The notes under the pieces were generated by a model. The model did no database searches. It saw nothing but the letters and a program-made list of their open reading frames with translations, and was not told the origin of the DNA. Position numbers and translations under genes: made by a program. From the NCBI GenBank assembly GCA_044350705.1, contig JBILHA010000001.1, forward strand, positions 244,242-308,241: DNA of 64,000 nt, given 5' to 3'. The DNA is from Candidatus Kapaibacterium sp. (lineage in GTDB: Bacteria; Patescibacteriota; Patescibacteriia; UBA9934). This document shows positions 1 to 8,935 of this stretch, in pieces; position 1 is the first letter of the stretch; every line of letters begins with the position of its first letter.

Positions 1-260
1 TTCTTGATCAATCGCAATTTGATCGCTTTAACGAAGGTGAAATTTTGGTGACCGGCATGACGCGACCGGAGTTTGTGCCACTCATGAAAAAAGCTGCAGC
101 GATTGTGACCAATGAAGGGGGAGTTACTTGCCATGCGGCAATTGTCTCCAGAGAACTCGGAAAGCCATGCATTATTGGAACAAAAAATGCAACATCGCTT
201 ATTCCCGATGGCGCAACCATTGAAGTGCGTGCAAATCATGGCACGGTTCGAGTATTGTAA
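1..260 (+). CDS. C-terminal fragment of a PEP-utilising enzyme (PEP synthase / rifampin-phosphotransferase-like); only the mobile phosphohistidine domain is in the window
   Basis: Translation ...[45 protein letters not shown]... shows the conserved [17 protein letters not shown] swivel-domain motif. The ORF is open to the window edge (codon phase starts at nt 3). Confidence 0.75.
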   Translation, partial: LDQSQFDRFNEGEILVTGMTRPEFVPLMKKAAAIVTNEGGVTCHAAIVSRELGKPCIIGTKNATSLIPDGATIEVRANHGTVRVL

Positions 261-351
261 TCTCCTATAAACGACAGAGACCCCGCATCTTGTCTCGCGC
301 CCCGATTGGGCGCGGAACAAGGCACGGGGCCACGGTCACCAGACAGGGTGA

Positions 352-948
352 CTAGCTGGAGAGACGCATCTCTCTCTCGAGGGTGGCGTTGCCATCCTCG
401 TCGATGGCCAGCGTGACGCCTTCGCCCGGCTTGAGGGCCGGGATGCTGACGCCGGTCAGCATCTTGATCGCCACCTCGGCGCAGGGCGAGTGACTGGCGA
501 CGAGCGCCATCTCGCCCATGGGGAGGTTGTTGATGATCTCCCGGAAGGTGTGAAGGATGCGGTCTCCGACGCTCTCGATGAAGCTCGGGTAAGCGGCCTC
601 GATCCTTTCGAGGGTCGAGCCCTTGTCGCAGTGGGCGATCCACTCCTCCATCGTGGCACCCATGAGATCCACCGTACGGGTGGCCTCGGCGACATTGAGG
701 TGCCCACCGGCGATCAAGGCCGCGATCATCTGGTGCGTCCGCATCAGCGCCGAGGCATAGCACCGGGTGATGGGCTGACCCAGGAGGTACTCGCCGCCGG
801 TGACCCTCGCGATCTCGATGCCCCGCGGAGACAGCATCTCCGGACGGCCGTTCTCCTCGTCCTTGAGGTCGTGCCGGAAGAGGAAGATGCCACGGCGGTT
901 GGGGTTGGTGGCGATGGGATCGTTCGAGTCGTCCTGAGGGATTGACAT
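352..948 (-). CDS. Histidine phosphatase superfamily protein (phosphoglycerate-mutase-like)
   Basis: N-terminal RHG-type motif (IFLFRHDLKDEENGRPEMLSPRG). Very GC-rich gene with overlapping spurious ORFs on both strands, typical of a high-GC insert in a lower-GC genome. Confidence 0.6.
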   Translation of the reverse strand: MSIPQDDSNDPIATNPNRRGIFLFRHDLKDEENGRPEMLSPRGIEIARVTGGEYLLGQPITRCYASALMRTHQMIAALIAGGHLNVAEATRTVDLMGATMEEWIAHCDKGSTLERIEAAYPSFIESVGDRILHTFREIINNLPMGEMALVASHSPCAEVAIKMLTGVSIPALKPGEGVTLAIDEDGNATLEREMRLSS

Positions 949-1102
949 GGTTGCTCCTTTGAGCGTCTGAGGTACGGGAAGGTTCTTACGAATTATTTAG
1001 TTTTTTGCCGCGTTGGCGCAAACTGATGATTTTTCAGAACGAATAATACAACCATGAACATGCTTCGCGGTCAATGTATTTGTTGTAGTTTTGGCACAAC
1101 AA

Positions 1103-1897
1103 CTAGCGTTTCGTGGGAGCGTTTACCGGAGGTTCGGAGATAGACCAAATGATGTCAAAGAGGCTGTTGAGGGTTTTGAAAACATCTGCAGATTCAAGGA
1201 CTGCAGCATAGGTATGCGTGGGACGTGCACTGATAAAAGCCACCTTCTCATCGTAGAGATAAATGAGTACGGGAAGATCTCCGGGGATGGGTGCATAGCG
1301 ATAGTCACGGAGAAATTCTTTCCCTATGCCAATAAAAAGTTTTGCGGTTTCATTTTGCGTTTCTTTCCAGGCGAGAGGACGGATGGATTGATGATCGACC
1401 CCGCGTGCGATGCGACGTTCAGCCCAGCTCATCATCCATTCTTCGGTGAAAATACGACGGAAGTCTTGCTGATTGAATCCTCCGATATGGCGATAGAATT
1501 TTTGATGTGATTCAAGGATCTCTTCAAGGATGAGTTTTACTCCTGCGGAATCGGTATAGTAACGAAAGGCTGGCTTTGCGGGAGATGCGGTTGCATAAAG
1601 CGTGAGAAGTGCGGGAATAATCATTTCTGATTCCTGCATTTTTTCTTTGATAATTTCTCCTAAAATACCTGGATTTGCAGGACTGAATATGCGCACGCCG
1701 CTCTCAACATTTACGTGCACTAAGCTCCGTTCTACGAGCTCTTCGAGATGACGATAAATAACTGTGCGATGCAGGCCGGCGCTTTTTGCAATGTCATTTG
1801 CTTTGCTCTTACCTAGCTTGAGACAGGCAAGATAGGTATTTGCTGTGTCGCAATCTAGGCCAAATATTGCGAGAGAATCTGCAAGATCTTTTTTCAT
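1103..1897 (-). CDS. TrmB-family transcriptional regulator
   Basis: N-terminal winged-HTH resembling TrmB (…DIAKSAGLHRTVIYRHLEELVERSLV…) followed by a TrmB-like C-terminal domain. Start chosen at MKKDL; the ORF track extends to 1921. Confidence 0.6.
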   Translation of the reverse strand: MKKDLADSLAIFGLDCDTANTYLACLKLGKSKANDIAKSAGLHRTVIYRHLEELVERSLVHVNVESGVRIFSPANPGILGEIIKEKMQESEMIIPALLTLYATASPAKPAFRYYTDSAGVKLILEEILESHQKFYRHIGGFNQQDFRRIFTEEWMMSWAERRIARGVDHQSIRPLAWKETQNETAKLFIGIGKEFLRDYRYAPIPGDLPVLIYLYDEKVAFISARPTHTYAAVLESADVFKTLNSLFDIIWSISEPPVNAPTKR

Positions 1898-1973
1898 ACT
1901 GTTGTGTTTTTGAGACAACAAAATCCTTGTTTTTCATTTATTTATGTGCTATTATGGCATTTAGTATCAATAA

Positions 1974-2924
1974 ATGCAACAGATTTTTATGTTTGTACAG
2001 TCGTTTCAGACGTTGTCAAAACATGACACGCGTCTTGCGGGAGGAAAAGGGGCGAGCTTGGGAGAAATGACGCAGGCGGGCATTCCGGTTCCTCCAGGAT
2101 TCGTTGTTCTCCGTACGGCATTCGATCGCTTTCTTGAAGACGCACAGCTGACTTTGGAAATTGAGGCCGTGCTTGATAAGGTGAATTGCGAAGATGTTGC
2201 TTCAGTTAATCGTGCTTCGCGAGTGATTCATGATCTTATTCATGACGTGTGTTTTCCTGAAGATCTCGAAAAAGAAATTTTATCAGCTTTTGATGAGCTT
2301 GGTTCAGAATTTGTGGCGGTACGTTCCTCTGCTACCGCTGAAGATTCTTCTACGGCAAGCTGGGCGGGCGAGTTAGAAAGTTATTTGAATACTACGCGTG
2401 AAGTACTTTTAGAGCATGTAAAGAAGTGTTGGGCCTCGCTGTTTACGCCTCGTGCCATTGTATACCGTAATGAAAAGGGTATGCGGAGTACGCGTGTTTC
2501 GGTTGCGGTCGTTGTACAGAAAATGGTGCAGTCAGAAATTTCTGGAGTGACGTTTACCGTACATCCGGTTACGCGTGATATGAATCAGATGATTTTAGAA
2601 GCATGTTGGGGGCTAGGAGAATATATTGTAGGGGGAGTGGTAACTCCTGATTCGTATATTTTCGATAAAAAAGACGGAACTATTTTGGATATGTATGTAG
2701 CTGATCAAGATCGCATGTTGATTCGGGGCGAAAAAGGAAATGAGGATGTTCCTGTACCGATTGAGAAAGTGAATGCACAAAAGCTTGATAGCAGACAGAT
2801 ACGTGAGTTTGGAGATATCTGTATACGCATTGAAAAGCATTACGGATTTCCTTGTGATATTGAATGGGCGATGGAGGGTGGGGCGTTTTACGTTGTTCAG
2901 AGTCGACCAATTACTACATTGTAA
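1974..2924 (+). CDS. PEP-utilising enzyme, N-terminal ATP/pyruvate-binding (PPDK_N-like) domain as a stand-alone ORF
   Basis: Hallmark [10 protein letters not shown] motif near the N-terminus. Ends ...[20 protein letters not shown], exactly at the domain boundary. Confidence 0.7.
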   Translation: MQQIFMFVQSFQTLSKHDTRLAGGKGASLGEMTQAGIPVPPGFVVLRTAFDRFLEDAQLTLEIEAVLDKVNCEDVASVNRASRVIHDLIHDVCFPEDLEKEILSAFDELGSEFVAVRSSATAEDSSTASWAGELESYLNTTREVLLEHVKKCWASLFTPRAIVYRNEKGMRSTRVSVAVVVQKMVQSEISGVTFTVHPVTRDMNQMILEACWGLGEYIVGGVVTPDSYIFDKKDGTILDMYVADQDRMLIRGEKGNEDVPVPIEKVNAQKLDSRQIREFGDICIRIEKHYGFPCDIEWAMEGGAFYVVQSRPITTL

Positions 2925-2932
2925 ATTTTTCT

Positions 2933-4006
2933 ATGCAAAAAGAACTTTCACTTATTTTTACTCGTGATTTTTCAATGTTTACTTGTGATTTTTGGCATAT
3001 ACTCATGACGGATGTTATCGCTCAGGCATATGGTGTTTCATTTTCTGGACAAGTTATTGCATTTAACGGTCGCGCTATAGAATGTTATCGACCTAGCGAT
3101 GAAATGCGTAATATAAAAGAACGCATCATTCATTTGCCTGAAAGTCACGATCTTTTTTCTCAGAAAAATCGCATTGCATTTGAATGTGCGGTGCGTGATG
3201 CCCGCGCAATCATTCAGCGCATAAAAGGATCTTCTCGAGAAGAGTATTTCGATCTTGTTTCTGACTTGCTTGATGCCTGGAAGCGCTTCTATCCGCATTA
3301 TATGCTCGCCAATTTTTTACCTGGACCTTGGCGAGAAGAATTTTTATCAATGGGTGATGCATGGAGAGATACTGTGATAAATGAATTCACGTATGATCGT
3401 CATGCATGTGAAGGGGTATTTGAAGCTGCCGATATTGCCATACGTGAAGCGTTGCGTTTGTGCCTTGAGAAGCTATCTGTTTCTGTAAAGTATGCAGAAT
3501 TTCTTTCTTTCAATGAGGCGATGGCTTTGTTACGAGAAGATCGCGTGCCGAATCTCCCTCATTTAGAAGAGCGGATGCGTGGTTATTTTATGATAGGAGA
3601 CGCGGTACATATGGACACCTCTTTTGATGTATTGATTTCGAAGTTTGGTTATTTTTATCGTGCTCCTGAAGTTGAAAAAGGACAGAGGGAGTTTAAGGGA
3701 GCTGTTGCGTTTTCCCATGCACCTGTTCGAGGTAAAGTATTTTGTATTTTTACTTACGATCAAGTAGGTAATTTTCCTGAAGGCGCAATTCTCGTAGCGC
3801 CGATGACCGCTCCTGAATATTTATCTGCAATGAAACGCGCACGTGCGGTCGTGACTGATGAGGGAGGTGTTACATGCCATGCAGCAATTGTGAGTCGAGA
3901 ACTTCAAATACCTTGTGTTATTGGTACCAAAGTAGCGACTCGGATTCTTAAAGAGGGTGATGAGGTAGAGGTAGATGCAGAGCATGGTATCGTGCGCATT
4001 CTTTAA
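2933..4006 (+). CDS. PEP-utilising enzyme, central domain plus C-terminal mobile phosphohistidine domain (second half of a split PEP synthase / rifampin-phosphotransferase-like enzyme)
   Basis: C-terminus ...[27 protein letters not shown]... is paralogous to the fragment at 1-260. Starts 9 nt after the stop of the preceding PPDK_N ORF, in a different frame. Confidence 0.65.
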   Translation: MQKELSLIFTRDFSMFTCDFWHILMTDVIAQAYGVSFSGQVIAFNGRAIECYRPSDEMRNIKERIIHLPESHDLFSQKNRIAFECAVRDARAIIQRIKGSSREEYFDLVSDLLDAWKRFYPHYMLANFLPGPWREEFLSMGDAWRDTVINEFTYDRHACEGVFEAADIAIREALRLCLEKLSVSVKYAEFLSFNEAMALLREDRVPNLPHLEERMRGYFMIGDAVHMDTSFDVLISKFGYFYRAPEVEKGQREFKGAVAFSHAPVRGKVFCIFTYDQVGNFPEGAILVAPMTAPEYLSAMKRARAVVTDEGGVTCHAAIVSRELQIPCVIGTKVATRILKEGDEVEVDAEHGIVRIL

Positions 4007-4090
4007 GATCCGAAAAAGATATTTCATGTCATGATTGAGGAGTGGCGAGTTTGATTGCTTTTTTCTCCAATATTGGTTATCTTTTTGCGC

Positions 4091-5272
4091 ATGTCTGCAA
4101 AGAAAAAAGTACTCTTAGGTATGAGCGGGGGCGTTGACTCGAGTGTCAGCGCAGTTTTGCTTTTGGAGCAGGGGTACGAGGTTATTGGGGGGTTCATGAA
4201 GAATTGGAGTGGGGGGACGGATGGGATGGATGATGACGGATTAGACGGATCAAAAGACTGCGGATGGAAAAATGAGCGACGTGATGCAATGCGCGTTGCT
4301 GCGCAGTTAGGCATTCCGTTTCATACGTTTGATTTTGAAAAAGAGTATCGAGAGCGAGTGTACGAATACATGATCGCCGAGTATAAGGCGGGGCGAACGC
4401 CGAATCCTGATGTGCTTTGCAATAAGTACATGAAATTTGATTTGTTTTTGAAAGCCGCCGATGAACTTCAGTGTGATTTTGTAGCGACTGGTCATTACGC
4501 ACGAAAAACCGTAGATGAACGAGGGATTGCGCATTTACTCCCAGGGGTAGATACAAATAAAGATCAAAGTTATTTCTTGTGTCAGTTGACACAGTCACAG
4601 ATTGCTCGCGCATTGTTTCCGATTGGACACCTGCAGAAAAGCGAGGTGCGTGACATTGCCCGAAAGCATGATTTGTTTGTTGCAGAGAAGAAGGATAGCC
4701 AAGGTATTTGTTTTGTAGGCGCGGTTGCGATGAAAGATTTTCTTGGTGCGCGTATTGCGGAACATCCAGGAAATATTGTGACTACTGATGGAAAAGTGCT
4801 TGGGCAGCATTGCGGATTTGAGTTTTATACGATCGGGCAGCGAGAGGGGTTGGGTGTGGGAGGGAGAGGGAGTGATCCGGCGAGTAGCCGGACGGGAGGG
4901 AGTAAGGGGAGTAGAGGGAGTACGGAACCGCTTTATGTCGTAGAGCGTCGGCCTGAAACAAATGAAATTGTTGTTGCGGTGGGAGATGATGATCCGGCGC
5001 TGTATAAGTCGGTGCTGCGTGCCGGGAATATTACCGAGACGTACACGGGCGCACTTGCTACTTACGAAGGAAAGAACATTTCTGCGCGTATTCGCTATCG
5101 TCAGCCGCTCGCTGAATGCGGATTTGTGATACTTTCTTCGATGCAGGGAGGAGATGCAAAAGACGCGGTGGTTGAAGTGACCTTTTCCTCGCCTCAGCGA
5201 GCGATAGCGCCTGGACAATTTATTGCGTTTTATTACGGAGAAGAGTTGTTAGGCTCGGGGATTATTTCTTAA
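4091..5272 (+). CDS. mnmA: tRNA-specific 2-thiouridylase MnmA
   Basis: PP-loop SGGVDSS and conserved MnmA core (NPDVLCNKYMKFDLFL…ATGHYAR). Carries an in-frame G/S-rich insertion (…[18 protein letters not shown]…) in the linker before the C-terminal domain. Confidence 0.85.
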   Translation: MSAKKKVLLGMSGGVDSSVSAVLLLEQGYEVIGGFMKNWSGGTDGMDDDGLDGSKDCGWKNERRDAMRVAAQLGIPFHTFDFEKEYRERVYEYMIAEYKAGRTPNPDVLCNKYMKFDLFLKAADELQCDFVATGHYARKTVDERGIAHLLPGVDTNKDQSYFLCQLTQSQIARALFPIGHLQKSEVRDIARKHDLFVAEKKDSQGICFVGAVAMKDFLGARIAEHPGNIVTTDGKVLGQHCGFEFYTIGQREGLGVGGRGSDPASSRTGGSKGSRGSTEPLYVVERRPETNEIVVAVGDDDPALYKSVLRAGNITETYTGALATYEGKNISARIRYRQPLAECGFVILSSMQGGDAKDAVVEVTFSSPQRAIAPGQFIAFYYGEELLGSGIIS

Positions 5273-5973
5273 AATTGAGTAATCCATGCGGGTGCGTATT
5301 GCACGAGAAATTTTTCCATACGTTTAAACGTTCCCGTTGCAAGAAAGAGTGCAGTGATAATGAGGAGAGTGCCAAACGCTTTTTTGAGGAGCGGATTGTA
5401 TTTTTGAAATATTTCTTTTCCTTTGAGGACTTTTTGGCCGCCATAGGCAATAAGGAGCATGGGCAGACCGGCGCCGATTGCATAAAGCAAGAAAAGTATT
5501 CCTGCAAAGGGTGCGTTTTTTGCGGTTGAAGAGAGGATGATGATGGAACCAAGAACAGGGCCTGCGCAAGGCGCCCATACAAGACCGAGGAGCGCGCCAA
5601 GAAAGAATGCTTCACTTGGCTGATGTAATGCTGCGGCTTGTGGAGTTTTTTGAGAGAGTTTGGCAAAAAGTTGGCTTGTGAGCGCGGAAATTTTTGTTTC
5701 GAGAGGCGGGATGAGTAATATTACACCCATGAATGCAAGGAGCCAGTATGCGATTGTGTGGAGGATTCTTCTGTCAAAGGGAAGAAGGTCGCTGAAGATG
5801 CCGAAGAGCAATCCAAAGAAGGTGAATGCAGTCGCCATGCCAACTACCGCAATGAGGGGGTAGCGTTTGTCTTGTTTGAGTGCAGACCCGAGAATGATGG
5901 GTACAAGGGGAATGATGCAGGGAGAGGTGACGGTAATGATGCCCGCAAAAAATGCGAGGATGAGCATGTTCAT
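5269..5973 (-). CDS. ccdA: Cytochrome c-type biogenesis / thiol-disulfide transporter CcdA (DsbD transmembrane-domain family)
   Basis: Multi-TM protein with the CcdA signature ...TSPCIIPLVP... and a second Cys (WAPCAGP). Start set at MNMLIL (5973); the ORF track's 108-aa N-terminal extension is unlikely to be real. Confidence 0.7.
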   Translation of the reverse strand: MNMLILAFFAGIITVTSPCIIPLVPIILGSALKQDKRYPLIAVVGMATAFTFFGLLFGIFSDLLPFDRRILHTIAYWLLAFMGVILLIPPLETKISALTSQLFAKLSQKTPQAAALHQPSEAFFLGALLGLVWAPCAGPVLGSIIILSSTAKNAPFAGILFLLYAIGAGLPMLLIAYGGQKVLKGKEIFQKYNPLLKKAFGTLLIITALFLATGTFKRMEKFLVQYAPAWITQF

Positions 5974-6048
5974 AGCGGATGGGTTAATTATAAAAGAAGA
6001 AACCCCATCTAGCCATCGATGCTTTTCTTTGTTAGCATAGATGCGATT

Positions 6049-7848
6049 ATGATTCCTCAAGAGCGACTTCGAAACTTCTGCATTATTGCCCATATTGACC
6101 ACGGAAAGAGCACGCTCTCTGACCGGTTGCTTGAAGTTACGAAAACGGTTGAAACGCGGCAAATGAAGGATCAGTTGCTCGATTCCATGGATATCGAGCG
6201 CGAACGTGGGATTACCATTAAGCTCGCTCCTGCGCGCATGAAATGGACGAAGGACGGGCAGGAATACACGCTGAACCTCATTGATACGCCAGGGCATATC
6301 GATTTTAACTACGAAGTTTCCCGTTCTCTTGCGGCTGTAGATGGGGCAGTGCTTTTGGTGGATTCTACGCAGGGTGTCCAGGCACAGACGGTGGCCAACC
6401 TCTATTTGGCCATGGAAGAGAATTTGGAGATTATTCCCGTTCTTAACAAAATCGATCTTCCTGCTGCGGATGTTCCTCGTCGCAAGGCGGAGCTTGTGAA
6501 ATTGCTCGGATGTAGGGAAGAAGATATTCTCGCGGTTTCAGGAAAGACGGGTGAAGGCGTTCCTGCACTTCTTGATGCGGTAATTGCGCGCATCCCTTCA
6601 CCAAAAGGTGAAGCGCAAGATGCTCCGCGCGCGGTTGTTTTTGACTCCGCGTACGATGATTACAAAGGCGTTGTTGCGTATGTGCGCGTGGTTGATGGTG
6701 TTTTCCGTAAGCGAGAGAAGTTGCACATGATGGCAACTGATGCTGATGGAGAAATTTTAGAATTGGGCGCACTCAAGCCGAAGTTTTCCCCGCTGGACTA
6801 CTTAGAAACCGGACAGATCGGCTATATCGTGACGGGACTTAAGGATATTCGTGCATGTCGTGTGGGTGACACGCTCACGATCGGAAATAATATCGTGACG
6901 CCGCTTGAAGGATATCGTGAAGTGCGTCCGATGGTGTTTGCGGGTATTTTTCCGGCATCCGGCGATGAGTATTCTGCGCTTCGGGATGCGATGGATCGTT
7001 TGAAGCTCAATGATGCGGCGCTTGTATATGAGCCTGAGCATTCGCCTGCGCTCGGTTATGGATTCCGTTGTGGATTCCTCGGCATGCTTCACTTGGAAAT
7101 TCTCAAGGAGCGTTTGAATCGCGAGTACAATATTGATCTTGTCGTCACACTTCCTTCGGTTGCGTACCGTGTATTTAAAATGGGAGAAAGCGAGTATCAG
7201 GTTATTAAAGGCGCGCTTGATCTCCCGGATCCTTCGTTTATCGAAAAGATTGAAGAACCTTGGGCGAAAGTCGACATCATTACGCCTGCGGAATACATCG
7301 GAAACGTTATGCAGTTGTGTCAGGAGCGTCGAGGAACGTATCTCACAACCGAGTATCTTTCTGAAGGTCGTGCAATGCTGCACTACGAATTGCCGCTTTC
7401 TGCGATTATCGTTGATTTTAATGATCGTTTGAAGAGTGCGACGGCGGGGTATGCGTCGCTCACGTATGATGTGTTTGAATATCGCGAAGCGGATATTGTG
7501 AAGCTTGAAATTTCCGTTGCCGATTCTCCGGTTGATGCGTTTGCGTCACTTGTCTATCGCGATGAGGGAGAGCGTGTGGGTCGTCGTATTCTTGAGATTC
7601 TTCAAGAAACCATTCCGCGTACGCAGTTCGTTATTAAGTTGCAGGCATCAGTGGGAGGAAAGATTGTGGCTGGTGAACGTATTTCCGCGATGCGTAAAGA
7701 TGTCACTGGCGGACTCTACGGCGGTGACTATACGCGTAAGCTCAAGTTGTTGCAGAAGCAGAAAAAAGGAAAGGCAAAAATGATGGCGATGGGTGTAGGA
7801 AATGTGGAGATTCCTGGTGATGCGTATCTCAAAGTATTGAAACGGTAA
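6049..7848 (+). CDS. lepA: Elongation factor 4 (LepA)
   Basis: GTPase motifs AHIDHGKST, DTPGH, NKID and a LepA-specific C-terminal domain. An alternative start lies 30 nt upstream (6019). Confidence 0.9.
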   Translation: MIPQERLRNFCIIAHIDHGKSTLSDRLLEVTKTVETRQMKDQLLDSMDIERERGITIKLAPARMKWTKDGQEYTLNLIDTPGHIDFNYEVSRSLAAVDGAVLLVDSTQGVQAQTVANLYLAMEENLEIIPVLNKIDLPAADVPRRKAELVKLLGCREEDILAVSGKTGEGVPALLDAVIARIPSPKGEAQDAPRAVVFDSAYDDYKGVVAYVRVVDGVFRKREKLHMMATDADGEILELGALKPKFSPLDYLETGQIGYIVTGLKDIRACRVGDTLTIGNNIVTPLEGYREVRPMVFAGIFPASGDEYSALRDAMDRLKLNDAALVYEPEHSPALGYGFRCGFLGMLHLEILKERLNREYNIDLVVTLPSVAYRVFKMGESEYQVIKGALDLPDPSFIEKIEEPWAKVDIITPAEYIGNVMQLCQERRGTYLTTEYLSEGRAMLHYELPLSAIIVDFNDRLKSATAGYASLTYDVFEYREADIVKLEISVADSPVDAFASLVYRDEGERVGRRILEILQETIPRTQFVIKLQASVGGKIVAGERISAMRKDVTGGLYGGDYTRKLKLLQKQKKGKAKMMAMGVGNVEIPGDAYLKVLKR

Positions 7849-7857
7849 GTTCCTTGT

Positions 7858-8307
7858 TTACTTTTTCTTTTTTGCTGCGATTGTGGCGGGAAGAATAACG
7901 AAAGCGAATCCTGTCATTTCACCCATAACGCTTGTAAAAAATGGGAGAACGAAAGCTGCTCCTATCCAGTTGGCAACATTTGGGGCAAATGCGCTTGCTA
8001 TGACATATGCGGTCATAGCTGCCCCGAGATGCAGCACGAATGCTTTTGTGAGCGCTATTCCTGCAGGCATATAGTATTCATGGATGGGAAGTATGCGTTT
8101 TTCTTTTAAAAAGAGTTTTCCTTGTATGGCAATGGGAACGAGAAGGCTGTACCAAATGGCTATTGCCGTTCCCGTGTCCAGTTCGTTCATGAAGGAGAAA
8201 TTGTCTTCATGCATGCCGGCGAGGATGAGGAAAGAAAAAAGTATGCGGATGCCATGTTCTATTGCATAGAGTGAGAGGCGAGTGAGGTTTTGTACGGTGT
8301 TGGTCAT
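7858..8307 (-). CDS. Hypothetical integral membrane protein
   Basis: Four predicted TM helices; no recognisable motif. Confidence 0.35.
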   Translation of the reverse strand: MTNTVQNLTRLSLYAIEHGIRILFSFLILAGMHEDNFSFMNELDTGTAIAIWYSLLVPIAIQGKLFLKEKRILPIHEYYMPAGIALTKAFVLHLGAAMTAYVIASAFAPNVANWIGAAFVLPFFTSVMGEMTGFAFVILPATIAAKKKK

Positions 8308-8310
8308 AGC

Positions 8311-8340
8311 GAAAAACCACCCTCGAAAGAGGGTGGTTTT
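8311..8340 (-). terminator. Rho-independent terminator hairpin (ACCACCCTC-GAAA-GAGGGTGGT) flanked by A/T runs
   Basis: Perfect 9-bp stem with GAAA loop lying between two minus-strand genes. Confidence 0.6.
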
Positions 8341-8342
8341 AA

Positions 8343-8582
8343 TTAGGAATTCTTTTTTAGGGCGACGATCAGGGCTGCGATACCGAGTGGAATAGGAATC
8401 CAGAAGAGATCTGCGAGCTCTGAGAGATGTGAGGATCCGGATCCTACGACGTACATTATTCCCGAGGCCACGAACGCAAGGCCTGCGATAAGCGAGGCGA
8501 TATTTTTATTCATACCGCATAAGTATAGCGTTTTTTTGACCTTTGCACAGTCTTTTATTCGCTGCCCTTTTTCTATCTTCAC
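8343..8582 (-). CDS. Small hypothetical membrane protein
   Basis: Two TM helices; the true start is possibly MNKNIASL. Confidence 0.3.
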   Translation of the reverse strand: MKIEKGQRIKDCAKVKKTLYLCGMNKNIASLIAGLAFVASGIMYVVGSGSSHLSELADLFWIPIPLGIAALIVALKKNS

Positions 8583-8622
8583 AAATTTCTTCTTTTTTGG
8601 TATGCTCTTGGCGCTTCATTTT

Positions 8623-8697
8623 GCGCTGGTAGCTCAGTGGTAGAGCAAAGGCCTTTTAAGCCTGTGGTCGTGGGTTCGATCCCCACTCGGCGCACCA
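8623..8697 (+). tRNA. tRNA-Lys (anticodon TTT)
   Basis: Manual cloverleaf: acceptor GCGCTGG/TCGGCGC, D-arm GCTC-AGTGGTA-GAGC, anticodon loop cTTTTaa, T-arm GTGGG-TTCGATC-CCCAC, encoded CCA. Confidence 0.85.
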
Positions 8698-8935
8698 TAA
8701 AAATCTGACAGCATGTCTGTCGGGTTTTTATTTTATCTAAAATAATCGAACCCACGACGGTTCGATGGTCAAGCGAGTGAGTGGAGCTATAAAGCTGAAT
8801 CTATGCGCTTTATAGCTCCCGAACGAGCACCGACTCAATCCGGAGGCGTAGCCGAGATCCCCGCTCGGCGCACCACAAAATCCCGATCGCAGGTCTGTCG
8901 GGTTTTTGTTTTTGAAACAGGTATAATCTTGGTAT

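Noticed and set aside
236-945. ORF-track ORFs 236-763(-), 456-707(-) and 490-945(+) overlapping the histidine phosphatase gene
   Set aside because: All lie within the GC-rich segment where stop codons are rare in every frame. Their translations are Arg/Pro/Gly-rich low complexity without motifs. Only the 352-948 minus-strand ORF has a recognisable family signature.
5974-6297. 108-aa N-terminal extension of the CcdA ORF (ORF track 5269-6297)
   Set aside because: The extension overlaps the lepA upstream region, is hydrophilic and motif-less, and CcdA proteins are ~235 aa starting at the MNMLIL-type hydrophobic N-terminus.
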